Below, piece by piece: positions 1 to 40,600 of a stretch of DNA of 64,000 nucleotides. The DNA comes from Podarcis melisellensis. Its lineage: Eukaryota. The notes below the pieces were generated by a model. It was given only the letters and a program-made list of their open reading frames with translations, was not told where the DNA came from and ran no database searches. A program made the translations under genes and the position numbers. The stretch lies in NCBI GenBank assembly GCA_964234715.1, contig OZ174280.1. The stretch is one strand, 5' to 3'. How positions within the stretch are numbered: the first letter of the stretch is position 1; every line of letters begins with the position of its first letter.

Positions 1-1001
1 TCTTACTACTGGCCAGTGTATGAATTTTCATTTCTTTTCAGTGAACGTTAGCAACCAATTTCTTTGCTGCTGGTAGTTACCTGCACATTTCTTGATTAAA
101 TGCTTGTGCCTGCAAGCTGCTAAAAAGCTCAGGTTATTTTTTGTGTGTGTCCCCCATATGGTATTTGAAACCTGTTTGTGAGTATTATTTATCATTCCAG
201 TGAACATACCTGTAGTTGTGTTTAATTTCTCTGGAATACTATGAGCTTGAAGAGTGAACTATGTCTTACATGTTCTTTGTATAGCTATTATTGTATTGAG
301 CTAGGGTGATGGAAAAAAAATATTCTTTTCTTTTCTTGTAAAATGTGCACACAAGATTTAGTGGGCCAACAAAATGCTGACTGTCCCAGTGTTTGAATAT
401 TATGTCATCAATCAACAAATAAAAACTTTTGACTGAACCAGTCCATGTGGCTTTATAATGTATAGATACTATTTGTACTATGACATTAATAATAGAATAT
501 TGATGGCATTCTGCATGCAGCTCTATAGACACCTTGTTCAGCTTACTATTTCCTTTTGGGACTATTTTTGTGTGCACTGCAGTTTGTTTAATGTCTTCAT
601 GGAAGAATTATAAAATAGAATATCTTTGAGAGTGGAAGTGAAAAAAATAACACAAAGAAAAGTCAACGTCAAGTAAATCTTGAAATAAAAACCTATTTTG
701 GCATAGAAAAAACCCAATGTATAATTAATTAACACTCTTTTTTGAAAGAAAGAAAAAAACCCTTTAAAAAGTTTCCAGTGAGTTTACCGTGAATAAACCT
801 TCTGCAATATTGTTTGTGAATTGGCAGAGAATATTTTAGTGTCAAAACTTTGGCAACACAGAACTTGAAAAAAGGAAAAGGCTGCCTTTCTTCTATCATG
901 CCTTCAGTGAATTATAGCTAAATAGCTGATGATAGCTACTCTACTTGATTTATGAGGGACTAATTCTTTGTTTAAACCATGATGTGACATCCTTTCCACA
1001 G

Positions 1002-26592
<25,591 letters not shown>

Positions 26593-26984
26593 CAACATAT
26601 CTACATTCAGAAGCAAAGACAACATTAGTAGAACACAAATATAAAACACAAAACTTGTGCAACTTTTTTTGTTGATTTGTGTTTTCACACTCTTGCCTTT
26701 TTCATTCTTGCAATTCTATTTTTGTACTCAGCATTTGATGCCTCTTAGCAGGGTATCTTTAAAGCAAGATTAAAAAATGATTTCCAAACTCTCCCTGCTC
26801 CCACATTTTTGGCCCTAAATTTGAAGCATTCTGTTAAATATCTATTTTCTTTCAAAATTCCAGGGAATTACATTTGCCAAATTAGACCGCTCACTTGGAA
26901 ATGGCACATTTTGAGCACAAATTCCAAATTTTAGTCCTTGTTTCCAAAATTTTAGGTCATGTCTTTTAAGCTGGCAAGGATTAA

Positions 26985-27156
26985 AATAAACACTTTTGAT
27001 GGCAGACTGTTCTGAATCATTATGCCACCTCACATATCTTCTTACATATCATAGACGTCCAATTTATGTATATCTGTGAGGAAACGTTTTGTCAGCTTGT
27101 GCAATGGGGCAATATCCTCCTTTTAAAAAGAACGTTAAGCAAAACGTCAAAATAAA
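26985..27156 (+). terminator. Candidate MAST2 polyadenylation signals, AATAAA at 26985-26990 and 27151-27156
   Basis: Hexamers 0.4-0.55 kb after the stop; the second is followed by a U-rich tract. Confidence 0.5.
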
Positions 27157-27314
27157 ATCTTTAGTTTATTTTTGATTTTTTTTTAAAGACTTTGATTTAA
27201 AAGAAGATTACTTCTTTTTCTCCCTTTTTAGAATTTTTAATCCTTTTTGCTCAAAGTAGTCAGTAACCTCAAAAGAGGCACATGGTGCTTCAGTTATGCT
27301 AACTCAGGAGTAAG

Positions 27315-27442
27315 GGGCCTGTAGGCTTTCACTGTAATTGCTAACTACATCTCCCATCATCCCTGACTATTGGTCATGCTGGCTAGGGCTGATGAGAGTT
27401 GCAGTCCAGTAACACCTGGAGGCCACAGGTTCCCCACCCCTG
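27315..27442. mobile_element. Old hAT-like MITE remnant
   Basis: ctacatctcccatcatccctgac...ggctgatgagagttgcagtcc...ccacccctg, similar to 37539-37674. Confidence 0.5.
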
Positions 27443-28365
27443 CTTTAGCAACCTAAGCTAATTTACTTTACTGACATGTTGCTGTGAGAGGCAAACATTT
27501 GGGACTATCACACCCCCAGTCTTATGGAGCTATCTTGATTGTTGTGGACGAAAGTTAAAATCCAGTGAAGTGTTCTCATTTGACTTTGTGAGTGAGAGAA
27601 GTGATCTTCATTGATTCATCAGGAGGCAGCTAAGACCAAACTGTGTCTAAGTGAAATAGTCCTGTTAGCATTAGTGTCTCTTTCCCAAGTGTAAGTAGGT
27701 GATTCAGTAAATTGACCCTTCAGTCATATAGAAAGTTTATTATAATTCAACGTTCCCTTCCATGGTTTAATCTACCTACTACCTTTCTTAAATGTCTATA
27801 TTTTCTAAGTAACCTTTTGAATGTTTTGAAAGTTCAACATCAGTTGGTGCTTTTTGCTTAAAGACATCTGAGTCTATGATACTGCACTGATACATACAGT
27901 ATAGCACTAGCTGCAGCATTTCAAGTATATTACTTATTGAATCTAATTAGTTTATAGGCAAAAGTAACTATTTCCATAAACTCCACAATACTTACAGCCT
28001 TGCCTAACAGAATGCATCTGTGTGTGTCTGTGTGAGCAGAGAAAGTAATTATTTACATAGTCAGCTGTTCTACCTACAGAGGTGATCACATGTTGACTAA
28101 TAGCTCTCCAGGGCAAGCACTGCAATTCATTACAGCACAGCTTTATTGCTCAGCCAGGTTTCTGATATGAAGGCTCTTCCTGCACCATTTCTCCTTACAG
28201 AGCCTACATGTACTTTTTGACTAGGAATATGCTCTTAAATCCTTAATTTATTATAATCTCATTTCAAGTGTGTCTTGCCCAAACTCCCTGATTCTCCCCA
28301 CTACATACCCAATTATTTGGTTTTAGTTTTGGACCAATTTATTTTTGATTTGATTTCTTTATATT

Positions 28366-28368
<3 letters not shown>

Positions 28369-28410
<42 letters not shown>
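28369..28410. repeat. (GT)21 microsatellite
   Basis: Read directly. Confidence 0.97.
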
Positions 28411-28414
<4 letters not shown>

Positions 28415-29145
28415 AAGGGAATAGTGTGTGTGTGTGTTGTAATGCTGCAGAAAGATCCATTGGCTTTCTCATACAGAACTTGAAGCTTCAGTACTCAAAA
28501 CTTCAATAGTAGTTCCCCACAGTGATTTAAGATCTGCTAATCTCTTTAATCCTGCCGCCAGTGCACAATAGCTAAATTTATGCATTAACATTTTTAAAAT
28601 AAACCATTAGGCTTTCCTCCATCCAGCCACACCTTTATCTTACCAGCCTTTCCTATCACTTTGCTGTGTTGCTCTCAGAACAGAGGCAACTGGGGCCTCA
28701 GTGAATACATACATTCAGAGAAAGGGAATTGATGGCATAGCCACTCAGAAATGCACATTAACTTGAATAATGTAAAAATATTAAATGCATTGATTTACAC
28801 TGTGTGAATTTGAGCCCCGGGGATGAATAATGTAGCTTCAAACATACCTTGTAGCATCTGTTTACACAAAGGCAGCCAAAGGATTTATATCTCTAGTTTA
28901 GCCAAATAAAGCATATTGGGCCACCTCATTTCAGTATAGATGCCACTTAGATATTACCTTTTTATGTATTCATTCTACCATTACCAGGAAACCTATGTAA
29001 TTGTTAAAGCCTTCAGAAGCCTTCATTTTTCATGTTACTTGATATATTCCTGTAACTGTTGTCCCACTTCAGTAAAAATGATTGGCCACAAAAAAATCGT
29101 TGCATCGAAACCACATGGCAGTAAATCAGATTTATTCTTTGGACA

Positions 29146-29149
<4 letters not shown>

Positions 29150-29209
<60 letters not shown>
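29150..29209. repeat. (AT)30 microsatellite
   Basis: Read directly. Confidence 0.97.
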
Positions 29210-29211
<2 letters not shown>

Positions 29212-32200
29212 AAGAGTTTAGACAATCATGATGTTTTTGAGGTAAAAATTTAAGGTCTTAGGCTTAATATTTTTAAGTGCTTATCAGGAGGCAGCATGTG
29301 ATGAGAGTTGAACTGATGTTACCATGTTGAGGAGACAGGTGTTTGCATAACTATAGTCTAGTTAAGCCACTATATGTATACAGTGTTGATCCAGTTAGCT
29401 GAGACTGATCTCCATGATGTTCCATGAATGGGGGTGATTGGATAACTTTGTTTAGGCATGCAATATACACAGTCCCCGTAGCAAGTTGCTTTCCCACTTT
29501 CTCTTATTTTCGTTTGGTGTCTAGAATTTCAACTTTAGTTTCCCTCATACAGCCTTTAAATCTTTCAATATCCAGCTGGTGCATTTCTCAGCAATACTTC
29601 ACACCATTATATGGTGCATCTAAAACCATCAAATAGATATTAAGTGTAAATATTAGACTTTCGCCTTGCCTAAAAACCACTCCTGGGGAACAATGCCTAA
29701 GACTTTTTGGTGTTTGTTATGGTACGGAAGAATACTCAACATAGACAGGGTAAAAGGAATGACCTGTGGGGCTTTTTTCCCTCATTAGCACTGAATTAAG
29801 GTGTTCTTTGGGGGTTTTGTTTGTTTCTTCCTGTGGGGAGGATTGTGTCTTTCTCCAGTTTTCTCTTACTGGATATGAAGGATGATGCCGTACTTCTAGT
29901 GGGTGATTTTACAGCTGTGTGTGTGTTTACATTGTCTTTTGGTTTTTGTTATTCTGGAGGCTGTGAGCCCACCTTTCAAGATGGGCTTCAATTTCAAGTT
30001 GGTGCCAATCAGCACCTGACTAGCAGAAACATAATGTTGGGATATAAGTGTTTTTAGAAACTTGAACAATTGCCACATAATAGAGGTGCAATAATTTTTA
30101 TTCCTGTTGTACCTGCATGTTGATGTTCAAATACTCCTGAAATACACTTCATTTTTTTTACATAAACCCGTGTCCATTTCTTAATTATTTCTCTTCAGAG
30201 GTTTTCCTGTGATACGTTGCATTAATCCTGTGTTTCACTTGATCCATACTGAGTGTCCTGCAACTACCCTAATGGGCTTTGGTACAGTGGTTCAGTTCAC
30301 ATGTTGTAGCAAACTATACTTAATGGTTTACTGTAAACACAAAGATTGCTTCCACTTAGTTCCTCCCCTAGTGGGAGCTACAAACCACAATCCCTGGCTT
30401 CGCATTATGCCTGAGCCAGTGAATTCCCCCTCTCCCAATCCATAATGGGTAAGCCAAGAAGAAACCTTTGTTTCACATCATGGTTTGTTTGGAGCAAAAC
30501 AAATGTAGTACTATGCCAGGTATTGTGATTCATTAGTCCCTCTTAACTGTTTTATGATATGCAAATGCAACCAATGGGTGGATGCATATAAGACTTGCCA
30601 GTTGATAATGTACTTCAGTGTTCATGTCAACTGCTTCTTGATACTGTAGACTGCGTGCCAGTGTTATATGTACTGTGGTAATTTACCACTTGGTAAGTGG
30701 TCACCTGCATTCACTCCTGTTCTTCCATGGAATCTAGTTGTTTCATCATAACATAGTTCAATATACCAGCAGCCTGGGAAGATGGCCATGGGTGGTGGGT
30801 GCAGTTTTATTTGAGCAGTCATCCTATGCCTTCCTGCCACTAATATGCAACAGATTTCCGTACAAGCACTATGTTTGGGCATCATGTAAAATGAGCTCTG
30901 CGATTCCATAGTCTTGTTCCATAGACAGCCAGACACATGTACTCACATAAGAAATAAATGTAGAGCTATAAAAACCTTAAGAGAGGGCAGTGCCTGGGAG
31001 CTATCACCCTCTCTCCATTGTGTTCCTGCAGCAAAGGCTTAGGCTGCTGTGCAACAATTTAGCCCCTGCCACATTCCATTCCTGCACCTCATGAGGGAAA
31101 ACGAACTGTTTACTCAAGAGAGGAGGGAGTCAACAGCTATTCCTCTCCGTACAATGCTGAAATGAAGTTACAGCTTTCAGCAGACACCATCATCTTATGA
31201 AGTAAGCCAGCTGTTTGTTCTGGATGTAAAACAACTGGGGACCAGGGCCTTTACATTGCTTTAAAGCATGTTTTATAGTTATTCCCTGCCCTGCTCCCAA
31301 AGAATTATGGGCACTGTGTTTTGTTAAGGTTGCTGGGAATTGTAACTTGGTGAAGGATAAACTACAGTGTCTAGAATTCTTGAGGGGGGGGGACACATGC
31401 GGTTCAAATGTGGTCAAAGGGGGGGCATGTGGTTCAAATGTGGTCAAAAGGTATCCTGTGTATGCAGCCGTAGACGTAGGCTAACGACCATCTTAAGCAC
31501 AAGGGGCTGATTCCAAGCTGCTCTAGGAGGCAGGTGGTCCCTCCTCCCAATATTAGCTCTTGGCTCACCAATGGCATGGCTTGCATATTTTTCACCACAT
31601 AGAAAGGCCTTTATACTGCTGTTTGTTTCTTTATACACACCTATCCTGCAACTCCTGAGGGGAATTGAGAGCTGTTTGCTCAGAAGAGGAAAGGCTAAGG
31701 GCTTCAATAGGCCTGGCCTGCCTCTGTAAGGCACTGGGGTAGAGAATAAACGGGCCAAAGCGGCCACACTGCTCATGACAGCCCTGAGGTTAAAAAAGGC
31801 GGGAAAGCAGGAGAGGCCTATAGCACCTTGATGGGGCATAGCTCTAGTTGCTGCTTGATGCCGTGTTACACCTGCTGAGGTGAGGGATGCAGTGACGGCC
31901 GCCACTATGATGGAGATTATGATCACTGTCACCTGGGAACTAGGCCACATTTCAAAAGGTAAGGAAAAGGAGCAAAAACCACACAGTAGAAAAAATAATA
32001 TTATCCAATGTGCTTCAGATCACTCTGGTCCTTCCTTAGGGAAACTATAATTTTTTAAAAAATATACCGTATTTTCCTGTCTATATTTTGGGGGACTCAG
32101 ATTTAAGAAAATGAGGGAAGATGTATCCATGTATAAGATGCTTCCTAATTTTTGACATTATTTTTAAGGGGGAAAACCTAGTCATACACAGAAAAATAGT

Positions 32201-33943
32201 AATTACCCAAACTGAATACTGTATAAAGAAGCTCTTCATAAACAATATGTAAATATCATGATCATCTTAGAAAGAACCACTATTCAAAAGAAAATATACA
32301 AGTGTAAGTATTTTAAGAATATTTGTTCTTTTGACTATCATAAAAACAGAATACATATGTGCATATGCAATAACAAAGGTAGGTTACTTGCTCAAATAGA
32401 CATTCAATATTTTATCATACCTGCACCACTACACCAAACGGAAATCAAGCGTAGCTGTTGACACTGCAAAATGTCATGGGATGTGGCAGAGTTATGCAAA
32501 TCATGGGTTGCTAGGTTAAACAGGGCAGCCTAAGGACATTTTTTTTTTGCCTAAAACAAAGATGGTGTGTGGCTTCCGCCTTCCACATGCACAAAATGAT
32601 TGGTAGTTGAATCTTGGGGGGTGGGGTGTCCTTTTAATTGCACATGCATTATGAATTCCATTAATTATGGTGTTAGGGAGGCTACATGCAATCCTACTTT
32701 CAATATTCTGCACGTGAATTTTTTTTCAGAGTGAACATACTGATTGTCACATAGCTTCCTGCTAAAATCTTGTAATTTTTCATAGCACAAATATAACATT
32801 GAGGAAGGATCGTGGAACAACTAATAAGTGATGTGTGGATGGTCCCATATAGATCTGCCACCCAGAGTGGTTGCTTCACTCTGTTTAATGGTAGGGCTGG
32901 CCTTGCTGAGCAGCTGATTTGCTTTCCTCCCAGACCAGAAGGCAAGTATGTGAGAGAAGATGTGCCGCAGAAAAGAGGTCCTTGCAAGCCTTTTTCACTT
33001 CAGCTTTCCTGCTCTTCGTGTAATTGGGAAAAGCAAAGTGCAGCAAGCTGTGTCAGAAAAGGAACGCTGCCTCTCCTCAGAAGTGCTAACCAAAGCACAT
33101 CCCAAGTGGTGTATTTCTCCTCCAATAGAAATAAACTGCTAGAATAAAGCTGAAACAGTGCCACATCAGAAATGTGCTGCCTACTGGTTAACAGGGTGCA
33201 ACTGAGAAGTGTGAGGAAGCACTTCTTGTGACGCATATTAGCTCAGGGTCTAGAGTGGGAGAAAAACAGATGCCTCGTGTGTGATATCGGGACCTTGCCC
33301 AATTTAATAACTCCAAGAGGACCTGATCTTGCCCCACAAGCCAGGAGACATGGAATAGGAGTTTACTGTAAGAAGCTTGCTTTTTCTGGCCACAAGGTAA
33401 TTAAATGTGTGATTGAGTTTGTGCTTTATAGTGCACACTAGCAAGCTGGGTAGGTAGTCTGATTGCCCAGTGCCAGAAACACACACTAGATCCACAATAC
33501 CACCCCTCAAACTGTCTAGTGTATGGTACTGATAGAACTGCAGTGGAAATCTTACATGTTGGAATTCAATATATGCTCAGCTTTCCAATCCTGTGTACTT
33601 GCATCAGAAAGAGAAAGCTATGCCATACTTCAAACATTGCATTGTGCATGTGTTGTTCTATGCTCAGTTTTAAGAGGCATTAAGTACTGAGTATGATTGG
33701 TTGAAGTGGAGAGGGGGGAGAGATGTTGCTGGACACCAACAATGTCACAACGTATATCTGTTGGCTACCCTAATGTTAGTACGACGTCATTTCACTTACC
33801 AAATGCAATAGCAGTCAACAGGCTATGCAGGTTGGGTGGGGGAAAGTTTCCTCTTTCCCCATATATTGCAGCCATGTTCCAGTTATAAATAAACAAAGAA
33901 TTCAGCAGAAAAGAGGACAGGGAGAAAACTGGAAATACAGTTA

Positions 33944-33957
33944 GCTCCATCTACTGT
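33944..33957 (-). promoter_or_regulatory. CTCF-like motif, minus orientation
   Basis: Minus strand ACAGTAGATGGAGC, 2 mismatches to the CCASYAGRKGGCRS core. Confidence 0.35.
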
Positions 33958-34110
33958 TCTTCTTGCTTCCCACCCTATCAGCTACAGTGGGCAATGCCCA
34001 CTGCTGTTGTTACAAGAGTTCTCTGCAGACTTAATCTGTTGCACCTACAGCAGTGGAAGCTGAATGATCTCCACTGAAATCAATAGGTTCCCCTAAATGC
34101 CACTAGCCTT

Positions 34111-34125
34111 CCACTAGAGGGCAGC
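34111..34125 (+). promoter_or_regulatory. CTCF motif, plus orientation
   Basis: CCACTAGAGGGCAGC matches the core consensus fully. Confidence 0.55.
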
Positions 34126-37100
34126 ATTGTTGCACAAGAATAAAATGCAGAGGCTGAATCTTGGGGATTTCCCCCTCTTCTGTGTTAAATATGACCACTG
34201 ATGCCATTACTTAGATCCATCATGTGTGGCATCACAATATGGCTTAGCCCGCTGCTGTGCAACTATTTCTCCTTAAACAAGAAAATCACCTTATGCTTGT
34301 TTTATATAGGGCAGCTAACTCAATTAAGTCTGTGAAGTACTGTACTGGCTGTGGGTATCAGACAGTCACTTACCCTTTGGAGATTTCAGCACCTGTTCAG
34401 TTGTTTTCAACTGTTTCTAATGTTGTTTTAATGTTGTAACCTTGACTGGGACCTTAAAGTGAAGAGTGGGAAATAAATAAATAAAAACCAGAAGACATCT
34501 TTAGTCCACTAGGTCTCCCAGAAGATAATCCTGGCCTGGTTAATTATGAAATAGTAAAATTGTATTTAAATAGGTTTCTACTTGATTATTATTGTATTTT
34601 ATTTATTTCTCTTTTTTACATCATTTTGACATTCTTTTGAATATAACATGATTAATTTTTTTCTACAATACAATAATAGGCAGATTGCACAATAATAATA
34701 AAAATAAGCAAATTGCATGATTAGCTTTGAATTAGGGCTACCATATTAACAGGAAACACACACAAACAACCCTCCCCTCTTTTCCCTGGAAGTAGCCACC
34801 CTTTCTGGATTTAAAAAGTTATTAAATTATTAAGAAATGTACTGTGTCTTAAATTATTTAGTAATGTAGTAAAAAAAAATCTTGTTATACAAATTCATTA
34901 CTCCAACTGATTTAAAATGCACATCTTTTTTCTGCATAGAAGTCTTGTTGGATCCGGCCAAAGGTCTACTTAGTCCAGCATCCTAATTTCACAGTGGCCA
35001 ACCAAATGCCTATGGGAAGGAAGCCTGTAAGCAGGATCTGAGTTATTTGGTCATATGTTGTTTCTATCATTCAGATATTTTAAATATCCTGGAATGCATT
35101 TGGAAAAAATTATACAGTGCTACGAATAAGCATGGTGGCTCTGACGTGTCAATGACATTCACAAACATAATAAATTTTAATAAATATAGTCATTAATGGA
35201 GGTAGCCATAAATGGCAAATTCAGAAATGATTCTTGAAAGGAGGGTGCAGTAACTAACTACTCTATAGAACATTATTTGGTGTTTACTGTTCCTAATTAT
35301 CAAGGGCACAATCTTTAGAGTTGCATGAGCATAATCCTTAGGAATAGAAGTTTATAACGCTGGGAAATGTTCAGAGGGAGGAAACTGCAGTTATAACAAG
35401 CCCAGCTGGAAAGTTTTCAGGTTTTTCAGTAAATGAAGATTTCACAAATCCTTTTGGAAAGCTGAAAATGCGAAGATCGAGCAAGCATCGAAACCAGAGG
35501 TTTTTTACCACCAACACCTAGACCTGCACTTCTAAGTACTTCCCATTTCCTGCAGGCGCCACCTACCTATTTCAGGCACCTGCCACAACCTGTTCTCCTT
35601 CCCTGTGCACAAACCACTTCCCTGTGCTCCCACACCATGCAAGGTAGCATTCTGCTGCAGCAGGCCCCCGTTGCTGGAGGAGTGGCAAAGTGGCTGCTGT
35701 AGGGCTAGCTTGTGTTCACTGGTGCCCAAGTTCTTTAGGTCACAAGGTATGAAGCAAACAGGCATGTGAGTGGCAGTTGCTTCCTATATTAAGTATGCCA
35801 CCATGCCACACCCCCTTGTTCCTTATTGTCTGCCTCTCTTGGCCACATGGCATAGCCAAGTACGCACACAAGATGGCAGTGGGCAGCAGTGTCAAGTACT
35901 TTCTGGTACTTTGTAGTATACCCCCTACTGGTCTATAACATCTAGTAGGTACATAGCTATGATGACCAGTAACAGGCCTGGTTCATAATTTATCTCTGTG
36001 TCTGAAACTAGAGCACATTTTGATGGTGGGTTGATTCAGGAAAAAAGCAGCTAGAGACTGGGAGGAAGGGAGCTTTGATGCTTTTAATGGCTTTTGTGGT
36101 TGTGGCAGATGACTGGGATTTAAATTCAGGGACTAGGAGAGGGCTTCCATGTGCCCCAATGTGTTGGGAAACGGAGACAAGCAGAAGTAGCAAGAAAGAG
36201 GAGAGATTTTGGGAGTGATATGGCATGCTTAAGGGAAATATGAAACCCCAGGGTGGCAGTTTGTGGGTGGTCCCTGCTAATAATTTTCTTTTATTGTATT
36301 TGGCTATATGTAAAGTATTGGAAGCTTGACCTTCATCCTAAGATTTTGGGAAAGGGTGGATGCTAAATCTCCCCTACTCTATACTCCGGGCAATTCATGG
36401 TAGGTGGGGGCTCCCCTATGCTTTACTTGCATGTATCTGGTGACCCAGTCCTCCCCAGGCACCCCCCGCAGTGCTGCTCCTTTTCCTGCTCTGACCATCC
36501 CACCTACCCACTCTTTCCTTGCCTCAGTCCTCAAGTCCTTTCCATAATATTGCAAATTACCCTGTCCCACCACTTCTCTTATATTGCACAATTAGCTTCA
36601 AATCAGGGCTGCCACACATACAAACAATTCTGCTCACTTTCTCATCTCTGTAAGTAGTCACCCTCTCCAAAATTAAAAAGTTATTAGAGGAACAATCTGG
36701 TCAATAATTCAGCTTAAAATCTATGAAAAATCCCTTCCCTGTCAGCTTTCTAAGTTGCCAGCTGGAAGGTGCCCAACAAGAAAATTACTGAAACAAAACC
36801 GTCTGTCATTCCTAAGGGACCAGAAAAGATTTTTTTCCTTCTCCCTTTCCCCTTCTTGTTTGCTACATTTTAAAAATAAATATGAAGCATCAGGCAGATT
36901 GTTCTAAAGAGTCCTTCAAGTATTGGTTTCTCACACTACGTTATGAAAGACTTTTGCCTTCAGGCACAGACTAATAAACAGATAATAACACAGGGGGCAA
37001 AGTCCCATGCTGCAGCTTATTTTCATAACTTTCATTTACTTTTCCTATAAATGTTTCATTTTTCAACCAGGAGGAAGAGAGGAGGACTGGCAGAGGTCTC

Positions 37101-37538
37101 ACAACAGTGGTGCCAGTGGTGCAGACTTGCTCCTAATTAGAAATAGCAAGGGATTGGGCAGGCAGAGCAGTGTAGGAAATGCACAGCAAGCCCCTTCCTT
37201 AGAAGCGTAGCTCCCCTCGAGTGGGGAAAGTGTTGGAATCAATGTATATAGGCATACTCCCCTCCCCACCCCCACTTTCTTATTCTCTTTGAAATGAGAG
37301 TGAGAGTGGCTCATGCATTCACACACATTCCCATGGAAATCTTCAAAAACTGAAAGAAACTGCATTGTGTTGGACATACACAGAGAGGCTTTTGTGGGTA
37401 TTAAGTGGAGGGTCATGCCTAGCCCCTACCTGGTATGTGGCATGGGGTCCTCAGAGAATGAACAAGGTGCTGAACAGGCTGAGGACTTTTGAGAAGCAGG
37501 TGTGGTCCTCTGGAACTAGTACTGAGGATCCCCTAGAG

Positions 37539-37674
37539 CAGGCTTCCTCAACCTCGGCCCTCCAGATGTTTTTGGCCTACAACTCCCATGATCCCTAGCT
37601 AGCAAGACCAGTGGTCAGGGATGATGGGAATTGTAGTCTCAAAACATCTGGAGGGCCAAGGTTGAGGAAGCCTG
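37539..37674. mobile_element. hAT (Charlie-like) MITE, 136 bp
   Basis: Long TIR CAGGCTTCCTCAACCT(C/T)GGCCCTCCAGATGTTT; exact 8-bp TSD CCCTAGAG at 37531-38 and 37675-82. Confidence 0.92.
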
Positions 37675-40600
37675 CCCTAGAGGGGCACTCCAGAGAGAGT
37701 TCCTTGGAGTTGTCAAAGAAGGAGGTAGAGCCACCCCACAGTCCTTGGGCTTGCTAGTACCAAAAGGTTGTGGGTCCAGGCCAAAGCGACAACATAGCAT
37801 GTGACAGTGGGCCCAGAGTAGTTGCACAGATAGTAAGTGATCTACTCATGAGTAAGAAATCACCAAATCTCTCTTCTAAGTACCAGCAGCTGTTGTTAGG
37901 GTGTGATCTAGGAAGCCAGGATATATAAGGTCACACTCTTGAGCCTTCCATGGAAGCTACACAGGTCTTTGGTGCCTTTTTTTCTAATTTGAGTCCCCAC
38001 TCCTTGCTGTAGACTATGGTGTCTTACTTTACGTCCCCGTGAAGTTGACCTTGCACTGTTGCTTGACCTTGCCTCCGGATCACTGTGCTGCATCTACAAC
38101 CCTGTCCTTGTTGGTGAGTGTTTTGCTTAATAGGCTTATACCTTGTGAAATCTGGCCCCCAGCTCCTGAGAGCACCCACCTGAGTGTGGCAGCAAGGATA
38201 GGAAAAGAAAGACTATTGGAATGACACTGCTGTTTCTGGTTGAGGGTTACTCTACCATGTCACAGGTTTCTTGGCTTCGTTTTAAGTGTGCTCAAATATC
38301 CCTCCTTACAAGGCAACTGTGAAGTACACAGATAACCACACCTAGCTTCAAAACAACACACTCATACACACTGCTTTGCTCCTGGGTTTAGACTTCTGCT
38401 GTAACACCATAGCTTCAATTTGTGTACTTTGGTTAGACCATACACTGATTACCCAAACCCAGTCAGTTTGCACCTTCTTTTTGTATTCTGTGCTTTTTAG
38501 TTGTGGTGATACTTGGTTCCTTTAAAGTGTTTTTTAAATGTTTGTATTATTTTTATTGTTTTGCTGTTTGCCTCCCTAGCCTTATTGGAGTGGGGGGAAG
38601 GGCTGGATAAAAATCCAAGTACTGTAATAGTAATTATATACTGGTATTTGTTTTCTGACCTAAGCATATACTTCGTTTCATGGCAGTCTTTACAGTTGTC
38701 ACTATGATCTGTGTACACTAAGTCTTAAGATACCGCTAGTGTTACACTAGAAATACACTCTGGTCTTCCTCTCAGGAACTCTCTTTAACAGGAGCACAGG
38801 CACCATCTATGCGGGACTATGGAGCCCAGGCACCCACAGATTTTCAATGAAGGGGCTGGGAATCCCTAAAGTTCTACATGGTGGCATGTGGGACATAGGC
38901 ACATCATGTTCACATACACGCCATGGGGCATCCGCATGACATGTCAGCACGCCCCTGCGACATGTGCAAGTAATGTCACCATGCCGTGGAGTGTGCTGAT
39001 GTCCCGTGCACATGCTGCAGTGATGTCGGCATGTCCCAGGCCCCCTCTGTCATGGGGACAAGGTGGTGCACCTGAACAGTAGCTTGCATTCATGTGGTTC
39101 TCAGGCCTTTCCCTCCAAAGCAGTCAGTAGGCCCAGGTGGAGGTAGGGAAAACAGTGGGGTATCTTAAGTGGAACTGCCTTGTTCCATACTAAGCATCTA
39201 GGAAATTCAAGGGCATCCTAAACCACTCCATGGCTGGTGTTATTGTTTGGAAGGGAAGTAACTTGCAGAGTTTATTTGGCCTTCTTATGTAGTAGATTTC
39301 AGATTTCTTTTTCTTGTGGAATTTTGGACACTCTGTTCCTGGTTCAAGCTTTCCTTTCAAGCATTAGCCAAACGCCCAGGAGTGAAGCAGCTACATGCCA
39401 CAAGCGTTAATTCTTAGCTGTGCTGTGTGATGGGAGCTTTACTGATTGCATGTGGCAGGTTTCAGGAGCCTTTTCAGGCTTCTGTCACTCTTGGTTTCCA
39501 AAAGGGAGCACCAGGTTGCGGCAGTAGCTCCCTGAGCCTGGGAAAGCAGAGGCATATTTACCAGTTAGGTAATTTGGACGGCTGGCATAGTCCTTAGCTG
39601 TGGGCCTCTTTCCATCACTCCTTTGATAACTCTGCAATGCTGCTAATATCGCATTATTTCAGTCTGAAGACCCTTGTGCAGGACATATAAAGGTTGATGC
39701 CCCTAGAGCACATGTAGAAGGTACAAATGTATGGAACCAAATCCTGATTATTGTCTTGGGCTCTTTCCAAATAGCCCTGGGCTTGTTTGAAAGTGCAGAA
39801 CAGCTATTAAGAGATTCCCTCTTTGCAGGACTTCCCAAAATATTTTGCAGCATTCATATGATGCCATTGTCTTCAAAATACCAGTCTGTATATTTCTAAA
39901 TTTAATCTGGATTTACCTTTTTAGGGGAAATACAATACCTTCTCTCTCTCTTTAAGTGTTTCCAATTTCCCATTTGTGATATCTCACTGCCCCCAATTAC
40001 AATATTAAACCCCCACCTGGAAGCACCTAAGGTGAGCAGTGAGGACAAACTGGAGGCCTCTGCTTGAGCTGACCAAAAACCAGAAGTAGGAGCTGTACCA
40101 GGCGAAGGCCTTGGGTTGCATCAAAGATTCAGAACTTTTGAAATATTGACATCGCTTACTTTCTAAAATTAAACATCCCAGGGCACAAGCTGGTCTTTAA
40201 ATGCACACACTGGAAGACCTTCTTACCCTAATCTGTGGTGTGTGGGAGTTGGTTGTGGGTTTGGAGTAAGAGAAGGACTGTGCACATGTTTGGAGTCACT
40301 CTTCTCTTTCAGATAAAATTGCTTGTGTGTAAACAACCATAGTTGCAATCTCTGTTACTTGTCATAGAGGTACCACTCCTCCAGCTGAGGGAGGAGGGAG
40401 GCATAAGATCGGAATGTGAAAGCGAGAGAGGTGGTTGTGAGTTGACTGAAAGCACCTTGGTGTGCCAGGCCTTTGGGCATCTGATGTGCAACAGCCGATT
40501 TTCTGCCTTGTAATGTTGCTGTCTTACATTCGCTTATGCTCTGCTTTGTAAGAAAAACCAATGTTACAAAGACACCTTAAGTCCTCCAGTATGTGCATCC

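Noticed and set aside
28940-29225. ORFs containing IYIYIY runs
   Set aside because: Translation of the (AT)n microsatellite.
31444-31950. 168-aa minus-strand ORF
   Set aside because: No recognisable domain or splice context; length is compatible with chance in moderately GC-rich DNA.
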